A stretch of 64,000 nt of DNA from Synechococcus sp. UW140 (lineage in GTDB: Bacteria > Pseudomonadota > Alphaproteobacteria > Sphingomonadales > Sphingomonadaceae). This document shows positions 18,450-25,438 of the stretch, piece by piece. Made by a program: the position numbers and the translations under genes. The stretch is from positions 102-64,101 of the forward strand of contig CALRJK020000012.1 in NCBI GenBank assembly GCA_943367535.1, in the 5' to 3' direction. The notes beneath the pieces were generated by a model, which searched no databases, had not been told where the DNA came from, and saw only the letters and a list, made by a program, of their open reading frames with translations. Numbering within the stretch: the stretch's first letter is position 1; every line of letters begins with the position of its first letter.

Positions 18450-19268
18450 GTGACCACCGTATCGACCTTCTATCTTGCCATACCGGCCCTGCTGCTGGCC
18501 GGTGCTGCTGCGGGCTTTGCTGGCGGGCTGTTCGGGATCGGCGGCGGCTTTGTCGTCGTGCCGGCCCTGATGCTACTGCTCCCGCTTCTCGGCGTCGTGC
18601 CTGAAGAGATCGCCCACGTGGCGGTCGGCACGTCGCTTGCCTCGATCATCTTCACCTCGCTCAGGTCGACGCAAAGCCATGCGCTGCGCGGCGCGGTGGA
18701 TTTTGAATTGCTGCGGGGCTGGGCGATCTGGGTGGTGCTGGGGACTGTGGTCGGCACGCTGGTGGCCGGGATGATATCGAGCCGCCAGCTGGCGTTGATC
18801 TTCGGCATCGGCGTGCTGGGGTTTGCGGTCTATTTCCTGCTCCCGGCGCGCAAGGGCGCTCCGCTGTTTGCGGGCCTGCCCACCGGATTGCCGCGCGCAG
18901 GGATAGCCAGCGCGCTCGGCGTGTTCTCGACCTTGCTGGGGATCGGCGGCGGCACCGTGACCACTGTCACCATGACAGTGTGCGGCCAGCCGATCCACCG
19001 GGCCATCGGCACAGCGGCGGGTATGGGCGCGGTCATCGCTTTGCCATCCACCATCGGCTTCATGATCATCGGCTTTGGTGCGCAAGGCGTCGGCTGGGGA
19101 TCGCTCGGCTATGTCAACGTGCCCGCCGCCTTGGCTCTGATCGCCACCTCTGTGTTCTTCGCGCCCTATGGCGTGGCCGCCGCCCACCACCTGCCTTCCG
19201 CCATCCTGCGCGCCTTCTTCGGCGTTTATCTCGCTGTCATCGGACTGGTGATGATCACGCGTTTCTGA
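18450..19268 (+). CDS. TauE/SafE family sulfite-exporter-like membrane protein
   Basis: Eight TM helices with duplicated G-rich motifs (GGLFGIGGGFVVVPAL, LLGIGGGTV); GTG start. Confidence 0.85.
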   Translation: MTTVSTFYLAIPALLLAGAAAGFAGGLFGIGGGFVVVPALMLLLPLLGVVPEEIAHVAVGTSLASIIFTSLRSTQSHALRGAVDFELLRGWAIWVVLGTVVGTLVAGMISSRQLALIFGIGVLGFAVYFLLPARKGAPLFAGLPTGLPRAGIASALGVFSTLLGIGGGTVTTVTMTVCGQPIHRAIGTAAGMGAVIALPSTIGFMIIGFGAQGVGWGSLGYVNVPAALALIATSVFFAPYGVAAAHHLPSAILRAFFGVYLAVIGLVMITRF

Positions 19269-19300
19269 CCGCTTTCACACACAAGCAGAGGAGTTGCTCC

Positions 19301-20431
19301 ATGTTGACCAACCGCCGTTCATTTCTCGCCGGAGCCGGTGTCGCGACCGGTCTCAGCGCCCTTCCCCTGCACAGCCTGAGCGCCGCCGCCGCCGCGCCTC
19401 TGGTCGAACCCGATTTCGGGCCCAAGATCGGGCAGGCGCTGCTCAGCCGGAATGAGAACCCCTATGGCCCGGCCCCCAGCGCGCTGCGCGCCATCGCCGA
19501 AACGTCGAAGATGGGCTGCTATTACAATGATCGCGGCCACGCCAAGCTGACCGCAATGATCGCCGAGCGCAACGGGGTGAGCCCCGAGCAGGTGGTGATC
19601 GGCGAAGGATCGACCGAGGTGCTGTGCGCTGCCGCGCTCGCGTGGGGACGCAAGGGATCGATCCTCGCTCCCGAACTGTTCTGGGATACCACCGTCCAAT
19701 ATGCCGAGCGTCAGGGCATCAAGGCGGTGCGCGTGCCGCTGATGGCGGATATGAGCGTCAATCTGCCGGGCATGGCCGCGGCGCTGGATGACAGTGTGGC
19801 GATGGTCCACCTGTGCAATCCCAACAACCCCACCGGCATACTGATCCCGCCTGCCGAGCTAAAGGCCTTCATCGCCAAGGTCTCCCCCAAGGCGACCGTG
19901 CTGGTGGACGAGGCCTATAACGAACTCACCGATCGCCCGGATGACAATTCCACCATCGATCTGGTCAAGGCCGGGGCCGATGTGATCGTGTGCCGGACCT
20001 TCTCGAAAATCTACGGCATGGCGGGCCTGCGCGTCGGCTATGCCATCGCCAGCGAGGAAAATGCGGCCAGGATACGGTCGCACCAGATGAGCTTCGGCGG
20101 CAATCTGGGCGGGCTGGCGGCGGCGATCGCCAGCTATAACGACACCCCTTTCCTCGATCAGTCGCGCGCCGCGGTGCTTGAGGCGCGCGGGATGATTGTG
20201 GAGGCGGTCGCCAAGGCCGGGCTGACCGCGCTGCCTTCGCAGACCAATTTCGTCTTCGTGAAGGTGCCCGATGCCAACGCCTTGCGCGATGCCATGGCGC
20301 AAAGCGGCATTTCCATCAGAGGCGCCTATGGCAGCCTGAACGGATATTCGCGGGTCAGCACCGGCAAGCTGGAGGACGTTGCGCGCTACACCGCCGCCCT
20401 GCCGAAGCTGTCCCGGCAGTTGTGGGGGTAA
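19301..20431 (+). CDS. PLP-dependent aminotransferase (histidinol-phosphate aminotransferase family) with twin-arginine signal
   Basis: MLTNRRSFLAGAGVATGLSAL is a Tat motif. Class I/II aminotransferase motifs NPNNPTG and TFSKIYGMAGLRVGY (PLP lysine). Confidence 0.85.
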   Translation: MLTNRRSFLAGAGVATGLSALPLHSLSAAAAAPLVEPDFGPKIGQALLSRNENPYGPAPSALRAIAETSKMGCYYNDRGHAKLTAMIAERNGVSPEQVVIGEGSTEVLCAAALAWGRKGSILAPELFWDTTVQYAERQGIKAVRVPLMADMSVNLPGMAAALDDSVAMVHLCNPNNPTGILIPPAELKAFIAKVSPKATVLVDEAYNELTDRPDDNSTIDLVKAGADVIVCRTFSKIYGMAGLRVGYAIASEENAARIRSHQMSFGGNLGGLAAAIASYNDTPFLDQSRAAVLEARGMIVEAVAKAGLTALPSQTNFVFVKVPDANALRDAMAQSGISIRGAYGSLNGYSRVSTGKLEDVARYTAALPKLSRQLWG

Positions 20432-20569
20432 GGCCACTTCCGGGAGGCAAGAGCTGCGGCCGGCTCGGGGCCGGTTCGAAAATGTCGACCATGCGCGATC
20501 AATCGGCCAAAGCCGCCGGTCAGGTTTCGGGATCGCACGGCGTTGCCGTGGACGACTGCTTGTGGGTGG

Positions 20570-20980
20570 TTAGCGGCCGCCCCCGTGAACCTTGCAAGAT
20601 ACCTGCTCGCAAGTCGCGACCAAGTCCGCTCCGATGGCAGGGCTCATCTCCACGAAGATCAGGTCGCCCGAGACAACTTCACCGACCTTTAGGGCAATTA
20701 GGCCCGCATGTGCCTCTTGATACTCTGCCGAAGCACTTGGGTGCGGGGGTGTATACAGTCTGGCTAGGTTACTCAGTCTGCCCGGATGCTCCCGCGTAGT
20801 CGTGCCAAAATAGACGACGATGTTGCCTTCTCGGAAGTCATCCATCTGTAGCGCATCGACACCACTCAGAAGAACCTCGCACCCGCTGCCATCAGACCTG
20901 CTGAAGAACATTCGGCAGTCTTTGCCTTGCATCACGAGGCCATCGAAGGTGGCATCATGCAAAGGTAGTTCTTCAATCAT
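20570..20980 (-). CDS. hypothetical protein in low-GC islet (immunity-protein-like N-terminus)
   Basis: 136-aa ORF with codon usage unlike its neighbours (CTA, AGA, AGT, TAT, ATT). N-terminal ELPLHDATFDGL resembles small immunity/DUF proteins. No homology was verified. Confidence 0.5.
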   Translation of the reverse strand: MIEELPLHDATFDGLVMQGKDCRMFFSRSDGSGCEVLLSGVDALQMDDFREGNIVVYFGTTTREHPGRLSNLARLYTPPHPSASAEYQEAHAGLIALKVGEVVSGDLIFVEMSPAIGADLVATCEQVSCKVHGGGR

Positions 20981-21032
20981 CGCCCGATGTTAACCGCTAA
21001 TCTGGCAGTCCGCTACGGGGTCGCTTCCCGAA

Positions 21033-21070
21033 CGGCGGCTTTTGGCGAACAACTGCCAAAAGCCGCCGTC
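21033..21070 (-). terminator. perfect 15-bp stem hairpin downstream of the DUF305/LVIVD gene
   Basis: ACGGCGGCTTTTGGC-gaacaact-GCCAAAAGCCGCCGT; no U-tract on either strand. Confidence 0.4.
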
Positions 21071-21087
21071 GGTGCTTGGTGCAAGCC

Positions 21088-23439
21088 TCAGCCGCCCTTG
21101 CGGCTGGCCTCCACCGCTTCGATCACGCCCTTGTCCCACGTCACGCGGGTCTGGGTCTGGGGGTTGAAGCGGTTGTCTTCATATTTTGCGGCATTGGCGG
21201 CGGCGATTTCGGCCTCGGTCATTTCGTCGCCCGCCTTCAGCGCGAAGACATCGATCCCGCGGCTGATTTCGGTGCCGTAGATGTGGCCGCGATACCAATA
21301 GACCGACCAGTATCCGCCCAGCACCATCTGCTTCTTGTCGATCGGGCCGCGATCGAAATAGGCGATTTCCTTAGGCGCGGCGCTGTCGGTGAAGTCCATC
21401 ACGCTGAGGCCGCCCTGATACCACGCCTGTGCGAACAGATCGCGGCCCGGCACGGGGATGATCGATCCGTTGTGCGCGACGCAGTTTTCCTTGTCGGTCT
21501 GGGGGGCGGGCATCTTGTAATGCGCGCGGAACACCAGCTTGCCGTCCTTGATGTCATAGATAGCGTTGGCACCCCAGGTTTTGGGATCGCTCGCCTTGCA
21601 GCGCGGCCGCCCGCCGCCGCCCCACTCGTCGGTGAAGATCACCTTGGTGCCGTCATTGTTGAAGGTGGCCGAGTGCCAATAGGCAAAGCCTTCATCGGTG
21701 ACGACGTCGAGACGCTTGGGGTTCAGCGGATCGGCAATGTCGAAGATGATGCCATTGCCCGAGCAGGCGCCGGCCGCGATCTTCAGCGCCGGGAACACGG
21801 TGATGTCATGGCACTGATCGGTGCGCGAGGTGTTCTGCGTGCCGTCGCCGTGATCGCCGCCCTTCCACAGGCCTGCGATCTCACCGGTCTTTTCATCGGC
21901 GAAAACGCGCGGGGATTTGACGATGCGGGACTTGGAAGGGTCTGCCAGCGGGATCTCGATCACGTCGATCGAGAACAGCGCTGTGCGGGTATCGCCCGGC
22001 GTGCTGCCGACGCAGCCTGCCAGTTCCTCGCCATCGCGGATGCCGGCGGTGCCCGAGTTGTAGACGATCAACCGCTTGTCATCGGCGCTGACGATGGAGT
22101 GCGTGTGGCTCCCCCGGCAGGTCTGCACCGCGCCGACCTGACGCGGGGCGGCAAGATCGGAGATGTCGAAGATGCGCAGGCCCCGGAAGCGGTCTTCGTT
22201 GACCTTGCCCGGCGCGCCTTCCAGCCCGCAATCGAGCCGCCCGCGGGTCTGTTCGACGCTCATCACTAGGATATTGCCGACCACGGAAACGTCCCCCTGC
22301 CCGCCGGGGCAGACGACCGAGCTTTGCAAGGCGGGAATGCCGTCAGCACCCAGCTTGTAGATGTTGAACCCGTGGTATGATCCGGCCACCATCACATCGC
22401 CGAAGAAGGCCATGTCGGTATTGGCGAAATCGAGCAGCGGGGAGCGTTCGGCGAACTGGGTGAGGCTGTCTTCTTCCTCACGCGCAGGGGTGGCGGCGGC
22501 GTTGGTGGCCGCAGCGCCTCCTGCCGGAGCGGCAGCGGGGGCGGTTTCAGCGGGGGCGGGCGCCGGTTCGGCCGGCTTGGCGTCCTCGGCCTTCTTGTCC
22601 GCGCCATCCTTCTTGGCGTCCTTGCCCTTCTTGGGGGGGACGGGCAGGCGCAGTTCGGCCGGGTTTTCGGGGTTGAAGAAGCCTGCGGGCTTGGACAGGC
22701 TGGCGATCTTGGTCAGCCCCATGATCGCCTCGCCGGCATCATTGAACCCCGCCGCCAAGCCCGAGCGCGGATCGGGCGAAAGCTTGGCGAGCAGCTTGTC
22801 CATCCGGCCGATTTCGGTCTTCTGCTCGCTTTCGACATCGCCCACGAACTGGAACAGCACCGGATCGGCGGCGGTGCCTTCCTCGTCCAGCAGCTCTTCC
22901 GCCATATCGAGCGCGCCGTCATGATGCGCGATCATCAGGGTGAGGAACTGGCGGTCGAAATCCGCGCCCTTGGCTGCGGCCAGCGCCTTCATGTCTTCGG
23001 GCGAGGCCATGCCCTTCATCATGTGGTGCATGTGTTCGGCGTGGCCCTTCATCGCCGGGTCTTCGGTCGGCTCGCCGCGTTCCTTGAGCCAGGTCTGCAT
23101 GAAGGTGATCTCGTCGGCCTGCGAGGATTCGATGCGGCCCGCGATGGTCTTCAGGTCTTCGGTGTTGGTGCGGTCCTTGACCAGCTTGGCCATGTCGACC
23201 GCCTGTTGGTGGTGGACGATCATGTGCTGCATGAAGGCGACGTCGGCGGGCAAATAGCTCGCCTGCGCCAGCTTGGTCGCTTCGGCGGCCGACAGCGTTT
23301 TCGAAGCCTGCCCCGGTGCGCCGGGCTTCACGATGGGCGCGGAAGTCGCCACGCTTTGGGCAAACGCAATGCCCGAGCCGGAGAGCAACAGGGCGGCAAG
23401 GCCGGCGCGCAAGGCGCGGCGGGTGGCGATATCGGTCAT
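21088..23439 (-). CDS. secreted fusion protein: DUF305 four-helix domain + low-complexity linker + LVIVD-repeat beta-propeller
   Basis: Signal peptide ending in AFAQ. Duplicated DUF305 motifs MIVHHQQAVDMA and MIAHHDGALDMA, with a His/Met-rich MKGHAEHMHHMMKGM between them. K/A/P/E-rich linker. The C-terminus carries repeats GLRIFDISDLAAP, GIIFDIADPLNP and GLSVMDFTDSAAP. Confidence 0.8.
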   Translation of the reverse strand: MTDIATRRALRAGLAALLLSGSGIAFAQSVATSAPIVKPGAPGQASKTLSAAEATKLAQASYLPADVAFMQHMIVHHQQAVDMAKLVKDRTNTEDLKTIAGRIESSQADEITFMQTWLKERGEPTEDPAMKGHAEHMHHMMKGMASPEDMKALAAAKGADFDRQFLTLMIAHHDGALDMAEELLDEEGTAADPVLFQFVGDVESEQKTEIGRMDKLLAKLSPDPRSGLAAGFNDAGEAIMGLTKIASLSKPAGFFNPENPAELRLPVPPKKGKDAKKDGADKKAEDAKPAEPAPAPAETAPAAAPAGGAAATNAAATPAREEEDSLTQFAERSPLLDFANTDMAFFGDVMVAGSYHGFNIYKLGADGIPALQSSVVCPGGQGDVSVVGNILVMSVEQTRGRLDCGLEGAPGKVNEDRFRGLRIFDISDLAAPRQVGAVQTCRGSHTHSIVSADDKRLIVYNSGTAGIRDGEELAGCVGSTPGDTRTALFSIDVIEIPLADPSKSRIVKSPRVFADEKTGEIAGLWKGGDHGDGTQNTSRTDQCHDITVFPALKIAAGACSGNGIIFDIADPLNPKRLDVVTDEGFAYWHSATFNNDGTKVIFTDEWGGGGRPRCKASDPKTWGANAIYDIKDGKLVFRAHYKMPAPQTDKENCVAHNGSIIPVPGRDLFAQAWYQGGLSVMDFTDSAAPKEIAYFDRGPIDKKQMVLGGYWSVYWYRGHIYGTEISRGIDVFALKAGDEMTEAEIAAANAAKYEDNRFNPQTQTRVTWDKGVIEAVEASRKGG

Positions 23440-23664
23440 CTCGAAAGGTCCCCTTGAAACTGATTGACCGCCAGACTGCCTTTAGTGTCTGCGCAGTCAA
23501 GGCCATCTGCACCCTTGCAAGAGCGCAATCGACGAACCTGCGATGACGGTCGAGCAAGGGCGTGCCGCGCCCCCAGCCCGCAATTGCGCCGCGCTGTCCC
23601 CCGCCGCTTCACCCGCACCGTTCGCCGCATGCGCCGGAATGATTGCTTGCCGGGACAAATCGTG

Positions 23665-23673
23665 TGTGGATAA
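23665..23673 (-). promoter_or_regulatory. consensus DnaA box (TTATCCACA on the minus strand)
   Basis: TGTGGATAA is seen once, about 50 nt upstream of the beta-lactamase-like gene. Confidence 0.3.
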
Positions 23674-23720
23674 GTGCGGCATTAATCCCGCCGAAACCCT
23701 GTTGGAGTAGCCTGATCCTC

Positions 23721-24755
23721 ATGGCACGCCCCCGCTTTCTCGCCGCCCTGACCGGGTTTGTGGCTACCTTCGCGGCGGCGCTTGCCAGCCCGGCGGCGGC
23801 AAACCAGGACGAGCTTCAGGCGACGTTCGACAGCACCTTCGGCACCGAAGCGCGCAATCCGCAAAGCTTCGACGCGGTCTACGCCTCGACCTTCCAGCAG
23901 CGCATCGCCGATCTCGCCAACCCGGCGCTGGGCCGCGTCGGCGTGGCCGCGGTGGACCTTGCCACGGGCGAGGAGGTGATGGTGCTGGGCGACCAGCTGT
24001 TCCCGATGGCCTCGACCAGCAAGATCGCTGTGGCCGCCACTTTCATGGAGATGGTGGAACAGGGGCGCTACACGCTGACCAGCGAATTCCCGCTGATGAT
24101 GCCGGTGCCTTCCGCCAAGTATTCATCTGCCAAGGCACCGGTGCGTCCGGGGCAGTATATGTCGGCGATCGACCTGATCGAGATCATGATCACCCGCTCG
24201 TCCAATCCGGCAACCGATGCGCTGCTGGCTGCGGTGGGCGGGCCGGAGGCGGTGAATAGCTGGATCCGCCGCAAGGGCATCGCCCCCTTCTCGATCAACC
24301 GCGACATCGCCACGCTGGTGCGCGACGATGGCGAGTATAACCCCGCCACCACCATCGACAGCCGCGACGCCGCCACCCCGCGCGCCATGGTCCGCCTGCT
24401 GGCCGGGCTCTATCGCGGCGAATATCTTTCGGACCAGAGCCGTCAGGTGATCCTCGGCGCGATGAGCCGCACGGTCACCGGCAAGCGCCGCATTCCCGCC
24501 AACATCCCGCTGGACGCGCGGGTCAGCCACAAGACCGGATCGCTCAGCAACACTTCCAGCGATATCGGCCTGATCGAATGCCCAGATGGGCGCGTGATCG
24601 CGGTGGCGATCTATGTCACCGGGCAGGGCGGCAAGCTGGCGCGGGAAGAACGCAACGCTGCCAGCGCCCGCGCGCTGTATGATGGCTTTGCGGTCAAGGC
24701 GCAGACCAACCCCACCCGCAACTGGGCCAGCGCCCCTTACGCGACCGGCGGCTGA
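23721..24755 (+). CDS. class A beta-lactamase-like serine hydrolase
   Basis: Signal peptide; S-x-x-K (STSK) and KTG (HKTGS) motifs. The SDN position reads SSN. By manual alignment the omega-loop reads R-D-D-G-E-Y-N, so position 166 is apparently Asp. Confidence 0.8.
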   Translation: MARPRFLAALTGFVATFAAALASPAAANQDELQATFDSTFGTEARNPQSFDAVYASTFQQRIADLANPALGRVGVAAVDLATGEEVMVLGDQLFPMASTSKIAVAATFMEMVEQGRYTLTSEFPLMMPVPSAKYSSAKAPVRPGQYMSAIDLIEIMITRSSNPATDALLAAVGGPEAVNSWIRRKGIAPFSINRDIATLVRDDGEYNPATTIDSRDAATPRAMVRLLAGLYRGEYLSDQSRQVILGAMSRTVTGKRRIPANIPLDARVSHKTGSLSNTSSDIGLIECPDGRVIAVAIYVTGQGGKLAREERNAASARALYDGFAVKAQTNPTRNWASAPYATGG

Positions 24756-24780
24756 GCCGCTTCTGCCACAGACACAAAAA

Positions 24781-24816
24781 AGGGCGGCGCCTTGCGGCAG
24801 CCGCCCTTTCTGTTTG
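24781..24816 (+). terminator. rho-independent terminator
   Basis: AGGGCGGCGCC-ttgc-GGCaGCCGCCCT followed by TTCTGTTT; an A-run precedes it, so it may act in both directions. Confidence 0.6.
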
Positions 24817-24934
24817 CCCTTGAGGCGCACTTATACCAGCGCGCTAAGATGCTGACGCATCACGCGCTGGAAATGCTCAAGCGCCGCACCGGCTTAACCA
24901 ATGCGCGATAAGTCAGGCTCATCGCGCCTTGGTA

Positions 24935-25219
24935 TTATTCGGCGCCGGCGTCTTCGGCCTGATCGACCACGCTGAGCGCGTCGTCACCGATTTCGTCGGC
25001 AGTCTTGGTGGCGGTGTCGGCAGCGCCTTCGGCTGCGGCTTCAACATCGGCCGCGCCTTCGGTGACGGCGCCTTCGATGGCTTCGCCGGCCTGATCCGCG
25101 TCAGCGGCCATTTCGCCCACGGCTGCGTCGGTCTCGGTTTCGGTTTCGGCGGTTTCGCCGCAAGCCGACAGGGCGAGCGCGCTGGTGGCGATGGCGGCGG
25201 CGAGGATGATCTTGCGCAT
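24935..25219 (-). CDS. small acidic lipoprotein
   Basis: Lipobox LALSAC after the MRKIILAAAIATSA signal; the mature part is Ala/Glu/Asp/Thr-rich. Confidence 0.6.
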   Translation of the reverse strand: MRKIILAAAIATSALALSACGETAETETETDAAVGEMAADADQAGEAIEGAVTEGAADVEAAAEGAADTATKTADEIGDDALSVVDQAEDAGAE

Positions 25220-25438
25220 GGTATGTATCCTTTATCCTGCGGGTAAGAAGCGACGTCTTGGCAGACGCGCTGACCGGGTATTCTGGGTGTCCGGTTCGGG
25301 AGCGAATCTAGGGAGCGTCGGCGCGGTGCACAAGGCGCATTCGCCGCAATCCCGCCACATTTGCCGCGCGCCCTGTCGCAACTTGCTGCCTGCGCCAAAC
25401 CCCTACCCGCGTGAGCCCGCGCCTGCTAGCAGACCAGC

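Noticed and set aside
23721-24755. The beta-lactamase-like gene as a horizontally acquired resistance determinant.
   Set aside because: The composition is host-like and it has its own terminator. No IS, integron or integrase context is present, so it looks intrinsic.
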